DNA of 62,966 bases, counting the filler, from Thraustochytrium aureum (taxonomy: Eukaryota): the NCBI GenBank assembly GCA_012862495.1. It is 5 parts of 3 records of this genome, joined end to end, with 100 filler letters (N's around TTAATTAATTAA, not from the genome) between each part and the next. Parts side by side here need not be neighbours in the genome. Positions count along the whole stretch, not along the records: positions 23,284 to 55,240 come from BLSG01000329.1; positions 55,341 to 56,755 come from BLSG01000329.1; 3 more parts are not named here. One strand, given 5' to 3'. Position 1 is the stretch's first letter; every line of letters starts with the position of its first letter. The notes under the pieces are model-generated. The model saw only the letters and a list, made by a program, of their open reading frames with translations. It did no database searches and was not told where the DNA came from. A program made the translations under genes and the position numbers. Shown here piece by piece: positions 46,244 to 56,855 of the stretch.

Positions 46244-49200
46244 ATGGAGAGCGTGTGGGTGCGCGAAAGTGACGACGCGTGGGTCCCAGGGCGATGCCTC
46301 CCGAGCGACGACGGCGCGAACAGCGGTCGCAAAATCAAGGTGCATCTCGTTGGCGACGACGACGAGCCCACCGGAAGAGAGCCTATTGAGCGGCCTGCGA
46401 GCGACATCCTGCCACGCAACGCCAACAAGCGCGGCGGCGTCCACGAGCTGAGCGACCTCGACCACCTGCACGAACCGGCAGTGCTGCACAACCTCCTGCA
46501 GCGGTTCTCAACGAAACAGCCCTACACAAGCGCGGTAGGAATGTGCATAGCTGTCAACCCGTACGCCGTTTATAACCACCTGTACGCCCCCGACACCCAG
46601 GACGCCTACTTTGACGCTGCCTGGAAGTCTGGCGACCACGCGACGCACCACCGCCTCGACAATGCGGAGACCCTGCCACCACATATTTACGAAATCGCAG
46701 GTCGCGCGTACGCCGACCTGCACGGCTCAGGACGCTCGCAGTCGGTCCTTGTCTCCGGCGAGTCTGGGGCTGGCAAGACAGAGTCGACAAAATACACGTT
46801 GCGATTCCTTGCAAGGGCGAGCCGCCGCCTCGAGGGCGAGTCCCCCACAGACGACGGTGGGACCAGCTCGCGCGAAACGATCGATAAAATATTGCAGTCG
46901 AGCCCTTTGCTGGAGGCGTTCGGGAACGCGCAAACAGTTCGTAACGACAACAGCTCGCGGTTCGGCAAGTTTGTGCAGCTCCGCTTCGCGCGGCCCTCCG
47001 CTGACGGGCCGAGCCTCCTTGTCGGCGCGCATCTCGACACCTACTTGCTCGAGAAAAGCCGCATCGTGCGCCAGGCTGAGGGAGAGCGCAACTACCACGT
47101 GTTCTACCAGCTCGTCAACGGCGGCCTGGACGCTCAATTTGCCGCCGCGCACCTTGGCTGCGCAGGTCGCCAGTTCAAAATCCTCCGCACAAACTCGCGA
47201 GCCGAGGCGGACCAGACCCTGGGCCGGCGCACGCGCGCGGCTATTGAGGCGCTCGGGATCGGCAATCGCCTTCAAGAAGTTTTCCGCATTCTCGCTGCTG
47301 TACTGTACTTGTGCGAACTCGAACCGCGCGCCGTGGACAATGCCGACGAGGAAGCAGGCTGCGCGATATCCGGCGCTGACCTGGTCAAGGCCGCCGAGCT
47401 CTTGCGGTGCGACTCACCCGAGGCGCTCTCAGACACGCTCTGCCACCGCACCGTCACCGCTGGCAACGAGACCTACACGTGCAAACTCAAGGCGGGCGAC
47501 GCGGCAGCCAACTGCCAGGCGCTCGCCAAGGCCCTTTACGGCGGGCTCTTCCTGTGGCTTGTCCGCCGCGTCAACGAGCAGGTGGCGGGCTTTAGCAGCG
47601 CGTCGGAAGAGGGTCTCAGCACGGGCAGTGGCCCTGCTGGGGAAAGTCGAGCGCCAGCGATTGGCGTCTTGGACATTTTCGGCTTCGAGTGCTTTAAGAG
47701 CAACTCGTTGGAGCAGCTATGCATCAACCTCGCCAACGAAAGGTTGCAGCAAATCTTCAACGACGCTGCGCTCCAGCAAGTGCAGGTCGAGTACGAGCGC
47801 GAAGGTGTTCCCTGGACGCGGATCGACTTTTCGGACGGCGAAAGACTCATTGAATCGATCCAAGGCAAGCGCTCCAGCCTTTTCGCGCTTCTACAAGAAG
47901 AGTCGGTCCGGCCAAAGGGCTCCGCGCAGGCTTTTGTGTCCAAGCTAGCGCAGGCTCACTCCTCCGCCCCAGGCGCGCCAACCATCGCAGCGGACCGCTT
48001 CGACCCGCACCGCTTTACGGTATCCCACTACGCCTGCCCGGTGACGTATTGCGCGTCAGAGTTTCTGGAGAAAAACACGGATGCGCTTCATCGCGACTTG
48101 CAAGAGCTCGTCGAGGAAAAGTGCTCGAGCGCCTTTGCGGCAGAGCTCACAGCGCTTGGCACAGCAAAGGCGCCCCAGAGCAGCTCGCGCTCGAAGACAG
48201 CGAGCTCGCTCACAAACCAATTCAAGCAGCAGCTCGACGATCTCGTGGCCTCCATATCGGCAACGAAGACCCACTTTGTGCGCTGCATAAAGCCCAACGA
48301 GCTCCACAGTCCGGATTCCTTCGACGCAGCCTCTGTGCTCCAGCAGCTTCGCTGTAGCGGTGTTATCGAGGCCATTCGCATCTCGCGCGCAGGGTTCCCC
48401 AACCGGATGGACCACTGCGACGTGATGCGGACCTTTGCTCATGGCGTTCTTAGCCCGTCACTTTGCACAAAGCGCGGCGACGGGGACGCGCGCGAGCGCG
48501 TGCGTGCGGTCTTACGGCACTGGCTCCCTTGCGGGGCTGCAGCGACAGAGGACTTTTATTTCGTGGGCGCAACAAAGACGTTCTTCGCCCACGGTGCGCT
48601 AGCAGCCATGCGAAGCAACCACTCGGCGAGCCTGAGCGCCGCGGCAACTGTGATGCAAGCAGGTATGCGCGGCGCGCTCGCACGCATCGCGCTGTTGCGA
48701 CTGCGAGCTGCGCGGCTCATCCAACGCGTGGAGCGCGGGCGCGCCGCGCGGGCGCGCCAAGCGCGAGCATCTGCTGGCGCTCGCAAGATTCAGGCGCTGT
48801 ATCGTGGTTACGTGAAACGGTGCCACTTTTCCCGACTCGTCTCGGCGTGCGTCCTTGCGCAGACCTTGTCTCGCCGAAAAGCGGCGTGGCGCGCTCTTGT
48901 TCGCCTGCGGAAGTGCAAAGCAGCCAGGAAGATCCAAGCCTTGCATCGAGGCACAGTACTGCGCAAGACATTCGCGGTGAAACGTCGCTCTGCAGTTTTA
49001 GTGCAAGCGCTTTGTCGGCGTCACCAGCAGCGGGTCAGGTTCATTGCGCTTCGGGCGCAATATCGCGAGGCGCAGTCCGTTCGCGGTCTGCAGCGCACTA
49101 TTTCAGAGCTGGAGTCGCAGGTCGCTGATCTTTTAGCGCAGCTCGAGCGGACAACGAGCGCTGCAGGTGCAAGCCTCGCGAGCCAGGCACCCGTGGAGAG

Positions 49201-50299
49201 CCCAAGGGGCACGGTGGCGCTTGTAGATTCGACCGCGCAGACTGAGACAAGTCTCTTCAGCAGTAGAGGGCCAGCTCGCAGCTTCACAGACGCTACGCTG
49301 CAGACAGAAACCCAACAACCCCCCCCAAGCGGCCGCGAACCTGTATCATCAAGCTCCTCTGCTGGAACGCAGACAGACCCAGCCGCCGCAGTAGCGTCAC
49401 ATGTTGAAGTAGCGGCTGTTCAGCGTAGCCGCGACCCTTTGCATGGGGAACATTTGGTGTCTGCAGCCGAGACGGGCCCGGCCCAAGACAGCCAGAGCGA
49501 GCTGGAGTCCTATCGCGAGAAGAACGAAAGGCTCCAGCTGGAAAACGCAAAGCTGCGCAAGATGCTCGTCGCCAAGCACAAGACGGCGCGCGGGGAGCAG
49601 CCAGCCCGTGCACGGTCGCCGCTGCTTCGGGAGGAGCTCCGCAAGGTCATGTCCGACAACAGCAAGGTATCGCGCAAGCCCAGCGCTCGCTCCGCACAGC
49701 AGGCGGAACAAGAGAATTGCAGCTCGGCGGGAAACCGGACCGTCCCCGTGCAAAGCGCGAAGAAGCCGTCGGCCGTCAGTCCGCTCGGAGCAAGTGCCTC
49801 CCCGCGCGAAGAAATGGGCTCAGCTTCTCTCCGGGAATCTAGCGTCGAGCGAGCTGGCTCTGGATTTTCCAGCCTCAGCATCTTGAAAGGTCTGGTTTCC
49901 TCTGGAGAGTCGCTGCTGAACACCGTCAAAAGCGTGGGCAACTTTATCCTCGAGGAGATTGACCCGGCCAACCTGCAACCACCTTTGAGCTCGCCGCAGC
50001 AGACTCGCTCTGTCAATGAGCAGCAGCAGCAGCCAGTGAGGCGTGAAGGCGGCACAAAGGGCCCCTTGCGCCTCGGGCGCCAGGTTGCTTCGAGCGGCGT
50101 TTCCGAGTCTGGAGGCCATCCTGTTCGTGCTTCGCGCGGCCGCAGCCGGGGTGGCGCAAAGCGCGGTGGCGCTATCAGTGGCGCGCGACGCCTCGCGTTG
50201 ACGCCCGAGCGCGCAAGTACAGCGGTGCACGAAATTGTCCTGTCTGGGGACGCCCAAAACGAGCCCGCTGGCCCTGCCGACACGGACACAGTCGAGTGA
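46244..50299 (+). CDS. Unconventional myosin: SH3-like N-terminus, motor, about 6 IQ motifs, short coiled coils and a low-complexity tail (1351 aa)
   Basis: SGESGAGKT, LEAFGNA.TVRNDNSSRFGK, YLLEKSR, LDIFGFE, FVRCIKPN, QLRCSGV and IQxxxRG repeats. Intronless. Confidence 0.97.
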   Translation: MESVWVRESDDAWVPGRCLPSDDGANSGRKIKVHLVGDDDEPTGREPIERPASDILPRNANKRGGVHELSDLDHLHEPAVLHNLLQRFSTKQPYTSAVGMCIAVNPYAVYNHLYAPDTQDAYFDAAWKSGDHATHHRLDNAETLPPHIYEIAGRAYADLHGSGRSQSVLVSGESGAGKTESTKYTLRFLARASRRLEGESPTDDGGTSSRETIDKILQSSPLLEAFGNAQTVRNDNSSRFGKFVQLRFARPSADGPSLLVGAHLDTYLLEKSRIVRQAEGERNYHVFYQLVNGGLDAQFAAAHLGCAGRQFKILRTNSRAEADQTLGRRTRAAIEALGIGNRLQEVFRILAAVLYLCELEPRAVDNADEEAGCAISGADLVKAAELLRCDSPEALSDTLCHRTVTAGNETYTCKLKAGDAAANCQALAKALYGGLFLWLVRRVNEQVAGFSSASEEGLSTGSGPAGESRAPAIGVLDIFGFECFKSNSLEQLCINLANERLQQIFNDAALQQVQVEYEREGVPWTRIDFSDGERLIESIQGKRSSLFALLQEESVRPKGSAQAFVSKLAQAHSSAPGAPTIAADRFDPHRFTVSHYACPVTYCASEFLEKNTDALHRDLQELVEEKCSSAFAAELTALGTAKAPQSSSRSKTASSLTNQFKQQLDDLVASISATKTHFVRCIKPNELHSPDSFDAASVLQQLRCSGVIEAIRISRAGFPNRMDHCDVMRTFAHGVLSPSLCTKRGDGDARERVRAVLRHWLPCGAAATEDFYFVGATKTFFAHGALAAMRSNHSASLSAAATVMQAGMRGALARIALLRLRAARLIQRVERGRAARARQARASAGARKIQALYRGYVKRCHFSRLVSACVLAQTLSRRKAAWRALVRLRKCKAARKIQALHRGTVLRKTFAVKRRSAVLVQALCRRHQQRVRFIALRAQYREAQSVRGLQRTISELESQVADLLAQLERTTSAAGASLASQAPVESPRGTVALVDSTAQTETSLFSSRGPARSFTDATLQTETQQPPPSGREPVSSSSSAGTQTDPAAAVASHVEVAAVQRSRDPLHGEHLVSAAETGPAQDSQSELESYREKNERLQLENAKLRKMLVAKHKTARGEQPARARSPLLREELRKVMSDNSKVSRKPSARSAQQAEQENCSSAGNRTVPVQSAKKPSAVSPLGASASPREEMGSASLRESSVERAGSGFSSLSILKGLVSSGESLLNTVKSVGNFILEEIDPANLQPPLSSPQQTRSVNEQQQQPVRREGGTKGPLRLGRQVASSGVSESGGHPVRASRGRSRGGAKRGGAISGARRLALTPERASTAVHEIVLSGDAQNEPAGPADTDTVE

Positions 50300-50708
50300 T
50301 TGCGGCGTTTGCAGACGAACAGCCGCGCGATTGGGAAATACAGCACTAAGGTGCCTCCCGCCTATGCGTCTCTGCCACCCCTGCCCGCACTAGCAAACTC
50401 ATCAAAGAAACCTGCAATACTCCGACGCTATGGTGCCGGGTTGCCTCGACTTTTGGCATGCGCGCCATTGCGCCAAAGCACCCGCCGCTCGCCTTGGGGC
50501 AAACGACGTTGGCAAACGGGTAAAGCAAATTTTGCACTGGGGTCGCGCGGCGCCCACCGAGGGTCGGCACGAAGCTGCTCTTCCCGCTCGCATCGCATTG
50601 GTCCCTCCCCGCCAGATGCCACCACGACATCTCGAGCGGCGAAAGTATCAAGGTCGACGAGGGCCGTCGCCGGATTGCAATGCAACGGTAACAACGGCTC
50701 TCCCGAAA

Positions 50709-53050
50709 ATGGACCCCATTCCATTCCGCGATCGCGCGGCAGGCGCCGCGCCGGCAGGAGTCAGCCAGGCGGCCCAAGGCAGAGACGGGCTTGTCAACGG
50801 CGCGAACCTCAAGAGCAGTGGCTCGCTTCCTGGCTGGGCGGCGTTGCCGTTCGTCAGGGCTCAGCTCGAGGCTTTGCAACCCTTACGTTCCTCGCGACAA
50901 CGCGAGCGCCGCGACCGACGTCAAGGCGCAATTGGTGCCGCAGATGAGACTCGGTAGCGCGGATGGGGCCAACCAGGGGGGCTGTGGGGCGCATTGCGAG
51001 CGGCACGATGCCAGGTCTGGTGCAGCCCAAAAGTCCCTCGGGGCGCATCGGGCTCTCCGGTGCAGAAGGGCCCGCCGGGCCTGGTGCTGCCACCATCTCG
51101 GTCGCCGTCTGATCGGTCGACGGGGAGGGAGGTCGACGGGCAGCTGCCAATCGTAGAGCTGCATAGGGATGATTCAGACAAGCGGACGGCACGGCGCGTG
51201 CCGCCACCAACTGTGGCCCCGCCTGCGTCATGGAGCAGCCCCCGCGCCTTTGGAGGGGGCGTGCAAGGGAGCAGCTCGCATATTGCGGGCCCCCCGCTCG
51301 TGTCTGTCAAGTCGCCGTCTCATGGATCAAGAGCGGAACGCGCCCTGGGCCGGAGCCCTACGCAAGGACCTCCAACCGGGCTCGCGCCGCCCCGAAACCT
51401 GCCATCGCCTGGGGGGGCGGCGGGGAACGGACTCCGCGTTCAGACGGATGCTAGGATCTCCTCGCCGCTTGAATCAGCCCGCCAGCATGGCACAAGCCAG
51501 AGAGGCACTATAGGCGCGCTCCCGCGCAGCCCCACATCGGCGGACGACAACGCCCTCGCCGGTTTGCAACCGCTGCGTTCGCCATCTGCGGCTGAGACTG
51601 CGCTGAGCATATCTCAAAGACGAACGTCGCCCCTTCCGCAATCCCCGCAGAGCGCGGCTTCGGCAAACTCGACAATGAGCGTCAAGCTCTTGGCGTCAAA
51701 GTCGCGTGAAAATACGAGGAAGCGTTCGAATGAAGGCCCGAAGGAGGCCTGCGAAAGCCGGCCCAGCTCGCCTCGGCGGCTGCCTTCCCTGACAAAAGAC
51801 GTCGCCCCCGCGAGTGCGAGCAGGATCCAAGGCCCAACGTCAGGAGCTTCTACAAGACCATTGACGCGCCTTGGGCACGGGTACGGCATGTTTTGCGAGC
51901 CGTGGAAGCGGGAGAAGTCAATCGGCCAAGGCCAGTTTGGTATTGTGTATTTGGCGCGCAACTTGCGCTCTGGCGAGCTGATGGCCGTGAAAAAAGTCCG
52001 CATTCGCTCGGTCGAAATGCTCGAAGAGATGATTGATGAGGTCGCCCTGAACTGCCGCGCGTCGTTCAGGAACCAGAATGTAGTGAACTGCATGGGGTGG
52101 TCGGTGAGCAACGAAGCCGTGGGCGACGTGATTTCCGAGGCTGAAAAGTTTGGGATGGAGATCCACAGCCTGGATAAACTGGACAAGCTCAAAGCCGTGG
52201 GGAACGAGTTCAACATCTTTATGGAGTTTGTGGAGAAGGGCTCGATCTCGTCCCAGCTGGAACTGCAGGGCCCAATGTCCGAGCCTGTTGCGCGCAACTA
52301 CATGCGCCAGCTATTGCTGGGTCTGCGGTCGCTGCACGCGGTCGGCATCGCGCACCGGGATATCAAGTGCCAGAACTTGCTCCTCAGCGCGGACGGTGTC
52401 CTCAAGGTGGCCGACTTTGGCTCGGCCAAGCACGTCGCGAACGAGACGCTGGGGCCCAACAGCTCAATCCAGGGGTCCATTCCGTGGATGTCGCCCGAGG
52501 TCATTCGCCAAGAGGTGGGCAAGTCGGACGACGAAGCGACCAAGCTTGCGGGCTGGAAGCTGGCGGACGTCTGGTCGGTGGGCTGCACGATGATCGAAAT
52601 GCTGACGGGGCGTCCCCCGTGGAACAATTTTTCCAACCCNNNNNNNNNNNNNNNNNNNNNNNNNNNNNNNNNNNNNNNNNNNNNNNNNNNNNNNNNNNNN
52701 NNNNNNNNNNNNNNNNNNNNNNNNNNNNNNNNNNNNNNNNNNNNNNNNNNNNNNNNNNNNNNNNNNNNNNNNNNNNNNNNNNNNNNNNNNNNNNNNNNNN
52801 NNNNNAGCTTCCGGAGAGCGTGACAGTGCACGCCGACGGCCACGACTTTATTGCGCAGTGCTGCGCGCTCGACCCTCAGGAGCGGCCCGCGGTCTCCAAG
52901 CTGATATACCACCCGTACATGCGGCCGGAGAACGTGGACGAGAACGGCAACTACGAGCCCAAAAAGAAAGCCAACAAGGCGGGCAAATCGGAGGGCAAGA
53001 AGGGCGCGCAAGAAGGCAGCCCCGAGCCCGACGCTCGTGCGTTGGACTGA
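50709..53050 (+). CDS. Ser/Thr kinase, STE11/NPK1-like MAP3K; start uncertain, gap 52640-52806
   Basis: IGQGQFG.VY, MAVKKV, IFMEFV..GSI, HRDIKCQN, VADFG, GSIPWMSPE, ADVWSVGCTMIEMLTG.PPW, and after the gap DPQERP...L..HP. The Ser/Pro-rich N-terminus has frame breaks. Confidence 0.9.
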
Positions 53051-53193
53051 CGAAAGCCTTGGTCGAGGGCAGCGATCGCCGGGCGTGGAGGAAGGCGCTC
53101 ACCGTCTCGGCCGAGGTCGACGGCCTTGCATTTGCCTGCCTCTGCGCTGCATAGACGTTTCCGTCACGGGGGTCAATGAATGGTCGAGTCAGC

Positions 53194-53250
53194 GCTCACA
53201 GAGCATCGGAGCTCACAAAGCATCGGAGCTCGCAGAGCACCGGAGCTCGC
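53194..53250. repeat. 17-bp degenerate tandem repeat x3.3 between convergent genes
   Basis: GCTCACAGAGCATCGGA / GCTCACAAAGCATCGGA / GCTCGCAGAGCACCGGA. Confidence 0.85.
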
Positions 53251-53415
53251 GAGGCTGGCTCGAGGGGGCTCGAGTAGAGGAGAAAAGACTGTGCACATAC
53301 GCCTAGCTGTAGTGAATTTGCTTTGCTGTTGATTTCGCTTTGCGTCGGGCGAAGTGCGACGGAAGCACACCTGTGGCGAACGCGGGCGCTCGTCCGGAAA
53401 GAGACAGCGCACCGC

Positions 53416-54960
53416 CTACTGCCTGGTCTCGGCCTTGTACTGGTCCAGCCACTTGGAAAGGAGCCCGGCCTGCTCCAAGACCGCGCGGCGGCTGGTGGAG
53501 CCCTGCGCGTTGCGGCTCTCGACGCTGTTCTCAAAGCTCCAAACCTTTTCCACCGTCTCGTCAAAGGCTGTGTGCAGGCCCTTGAGCTCCTCCAGGGTGA
53601 CGCTTGAAAGAGGCTTGCCCTGGTCTTCGGCGATTTGCACGGCCTGCCCAGCAATATGGTGCGTCTCACGGAACGGCACCCCCTTGCGCACCAGGTAGTC
53701 GGCCAGGTCCGTGGCCAGCATGTCTGCAGAGAGGTTCTTGATCATGTTGTTCTTGTTCGGCGTCAGCGTGGCCATGACCCCTGTGGCGATCGGGAGGCAG
53801 CCCTTGAGCGTATCGACCGAGTCGAAGAGGGCCTCCTTGTCCTCCTGCAGGTCCTTGTTGTAGGTCATGGGGAGGCCCTTGAGCGTGACGAGCATGGATA
53901 CCAGGTTGCCGATGGTCCGGCCTGCCTTGCCGCGCAGCAGCTCGGAAGCATCCGGGTTTTTCTTCTGCGGCATGAGGCTCGAGCCGGTCGAGTAGGCGTC
54001 CGAAAGCTTGATGTACTTGAACTCGTTGGTCGAGTAGATGATGACGTCTTCGGACCAGCGGCTCAGGTGCGCGCTCGTCAGGGCGGCCCAGAACATAAAC
54101 TCGATGGCAAAGTCTCGGTCGGAGGTTGCGTCGAGCGAGTTGAGCGAGGGGCCCTGCGAAAAGCCGAGGTCTTCCGCCAGCACGCGGCGGTCGTCCGGGC
54201 CGAAGAACGAGTGTCCGGCAATTGCGCCGCTCCCGAGCGGCATCACGTCGACGCGCTTCTTGAGGTCCTCCAGGCGCTCCGCGTCGCGCTTCCACTGGTT
54301 GGCGTACGCGAGGAGCCAGTGGCTCCAGCGGATCGGCTGCGCCGGCTGCAGGTGCGTGTACCCGGGGAAGAGCATGTCGACCTCGGCTTCGGCGCGCTTG
54401 ATCGTGGTGTCCAGCAGGCTGATCATCTCGCCTTGCAGCTCGTTCACCTGGGCCTTGAGCCACAGGCGCAGGTCGGTGGCAACTTGGTCGTTCCGCGAAC
54501 GTCCCGTGTGGAGCTTGCCCGCGATCCCGGCACCGATCAGCTCGGTCAGGCGGCGCTCGTTCGCGGTGTGAATGTCCTCGTCGCTGCCCTTGATCTCGAA
54601 CGACCCAGCTGCCCACTCGGCGTGGACGGCCTGCAGCCCTTGCTGCATCTTTTGGCTCTCCTCGTCCGTGATGATCCCGGCGCGGGCAAGCGCGCGCGAG
54701 TAGGCCATGCTGCCTTGGATGTCCTCCTTCCACATGCGCTTATCGAACCCGATCGAGGCGTTAAACTTCTCCATCAGCGGGTCGACGGCGCCGGTGAACC
54801 TGCCGCCCCACAGCTTGGGCGCGTCCTTGCTCGCATCGCTCGAGCTCATCAAGCGCACGTCCATCCTCCGCGGCCCCGCCGCAAGCCGAGCGCCAGCCAG
54901 AGCTCGCGTCCATCCCGGCTGGCCCGTCCGCCGGGCCGCCGCCATCCTGGCCGCCGCCAT
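53416..54960 (-). CDS. ASL: Argininosuccinate lyase with an N-terminal Arg/Ala-rich extension
   Basis: KLWGGRF, DEDIHTANERRL, KLHTGRSRNDQV, PGYTHLQPAQP, STGSSLMPQKKNPD, YNKDLQEDKE, LATDLADYLVRKGVPFRETH. Confidence 0.98.
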   Translation of the reverse strand: MAAARMAAARRTGQPGWTRALAGARLAAGPRRMDVRLMSSSDASKDAPKLWGGRFTGAVDPLMEKFNASIGFDKRMWKEDIQGSMAYSRALARAGIITDEESQKMQQGLQAVHAEWAAGSFEIKGSDEDIHTANERRLTELIGAGIAGKLHTGRSRNDQVATDLRLWLKAQVNELQGEMISLLDTTIKRAEAEVDMLFPGYTHLQPAQPIRWSHWLLAYANQWKRDAERLEDLKKRVDVMPLGSGAIAGHSFFGPDDRRVLAEDLGFSQGPSLNSLDATSDRDFAIEFMFWAALTSAHLSRWSEDVIIYSTNEFKYIKLSDAYSTGSSLMPQKKNPDASELLRGKAGRTIGNLVSMLVTLKGLPMTYNKDLQEDKEALFDSVDTLKGCLPIATGVMATLTPNKNNMIKNLSADMLATDLADYLVRKGVPFRETHHIAGQAVQIAEDQGKPLSSVTLEELKGLHTAFDETVEKVWSFENSVESRNAQGSTSRRAVLEQAGLLSKWLDQYKAETRQ

Positions 54961-55240
54961 CGCGGGTGCGCGAGATCGGGCTCGAAAGCACCGCGTGCAG
55001 GAGCTCGCAGCGCTCGACCGAACCACGCAACGCGCAGCACTCGCCGATCCGAAGACTATCGCTCTGGTCTCGAGGCCCGAACCGCTGCGTTTGGCGACTG
55101 GTTGTCGTGCCGTCCGAAGCCAAAGCATTACGATCGACCAGGTCGTGCAGTCCGTCGACGGATTCGTGCGTGATGGATGTTGCTCGATGATCCAATTGTT
55201 CTCGCAAAGGACTCCAGTCGTCCATGACCTGCTCGCTGCG

Positions 55241-55340
55241 NNNNNNNNNNNNNNNNNNNNNNNNNNNNNNNNNNNNNNNNNNNNTTAATTAATTAANNNN
55301 NNNNNNNNNNNNNNNNNNNNNNNNNNNNNNNNNNNNNNNN
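55241..55340. other. Artificial 100-nt scaffold linker
   Basis: 44N-TTAATTAATTAA-44N. Confidence 0.97.
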
Positions 55341-56231
55341 TGCCGCTGCTGCTGCCGCTGCTGCTGCCGCTGCTGCCGCTGCCGCTGGTGGTCTGTTCCC
55401 GCTGCAGGCGCTCGCTCGCTCGCTCGCCAGTACTGCCTTTGCTCGTGCAATGCTGGCGCCTTTCTTTCTGCGGTGCAGGCGGCCGCCCCTCGCGCTGAGC
55501 TGAGCAGAGCCCGGCGATGGGTGTAAGGAGTATAATGTACTCTGCTTCGGCAGAGTACCTACGTGGTGGGGCTCTCCTGATAAGGCTTGCGATGTAGCGC
55601 ACGAGTCGCTGGGGCTCTGCTGGCTGCGCTGGCGCGGTTTTGCTGCTCTTGAGGGTTTTTTGGGGGCGAATGTCGCGGTTGTAAGAGAACGGCTTACAAC
55701 TCTTTTTACTTTTTCGGTTTTTATTGGTTTTTTCGGTTTGGAATATCACGCAGAGACGCCCGCGCGTAGGGGGCGAGTATGTGATATAGACCGGGAAGCT
55801 GGGCCCTATACGTATGTAGTGAAAAAGTTCAATCGGTGATATTGTGTAGCGCCGAAAGTGACGCGCGTGCGTCCCTCTGCCGCCCAGGCTTGGAGAGGCA
55901 AGGAATAAAGAGTCTGTCTGTGCGGCTGTCCGCTGTTGTGAGAGCGCGGGCCATGGCGGTTTCTCTTCTCCTCTCTCCTGCCCCATCCCCTCCCTCCCTC
56001 TCTCCGACGAAAATATCTTTCCTTATTTCTCTCGCTCCCTCTGTCTCTTCTTCTGAGGAGGCATCCGAAAGCAAGCCTCCTCCTCCCCCTCCTCTCGGAC
56101 AAACCCCCTCACATTGGCACTACTAACTGCCTGCTCCGGAGAAACACTTCGCCGCTGCTGGATTCGCCGAGAGGAGCTTGCCAGGCTGGAGCCGACGGCA
56201 CCCTCCCGGGCGCAGCCAACCCTACCTCGGG

Positions 56232-56755
56232 TTAGGTTGGTCTAGGGTTTGAGGGAGGGGGTGCGCGCCAGACCGACAAAGTGTCCTCGCCGCGGACGAG
56301 CAGCAGGCGGCTGGCCGTCGACGAAGACGGCACTCGCTGGAGGCCGTGCGGGCGAGGGACCTCGCAGGACGAGTACGCTGCGAGGCGGCCCGCGGAAAAG
56401 CAGCGCAGGCGGCCGCCCGCGTCGCACGAAGCGCCCAGCGGGGGCCGTCCAAGCAGACGAGGCCGCGGACCGGGCCGTTCTCGCCTGCCATACAGTCGAC
56501 GTCCGAGAAGAAGGTCGTGTTCTTGGTGAGCCCGGGCAAGATGCTCGCCAGCTGGCCGTCCTCGCAGCCCACGACCAGCGTCCCGTCTGCCAGCGCCTCG
56601 ACGCAGGTCACGCCAGAGTCCAGACGAGCGAGGACCGCCAGACGAACCCCGAACTGGGTCCGTACGACGCCGTCGGCGGCCACTTCGCCGGAAGAATCGA
56701 CCCCAAACTCCTCCTCCTCCTCAGGCGAGCCGCCGCTGCTTTCGATCGTGGACAC
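56232..56755 (-). CDS. C-terminal fragment of a WD40/beta-propeller-like protein, frameshifted
   Basis: SGVTCVEALADGTLVVGCEDGQL and GPVRGLVCL, then after a 1-nt shift GASCDAGGLRCF...GEDTLSVWR. Confidence 0.5.
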
Positions 56756-56855
56756 NNNNNNNNNNNNNNNNNNNNNNNNNNNNNNNNNNNNNNNNNNNNT
56801 TAATTAATTAANNNNNNNNNNNNNNNNNNNNNNNNNNNNNNNNNNNNNNNNNNNN
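56756..56855. other. Artificial 100-nt scaffold linker
   Basis: 44N-TTAATTAATTAA-44N. Confidence 0.97.

Noticed and set aside
53635..55173. Long antisense or alternative-frame ORFs (e.g. 53635-55173 +, 32175-34160 +, 8408-9694 -, 39868-41685 -)
   Set aside because: These are shadow ORFs expected from high GC3 opposite well-supported genes, with no recognisable motifs.
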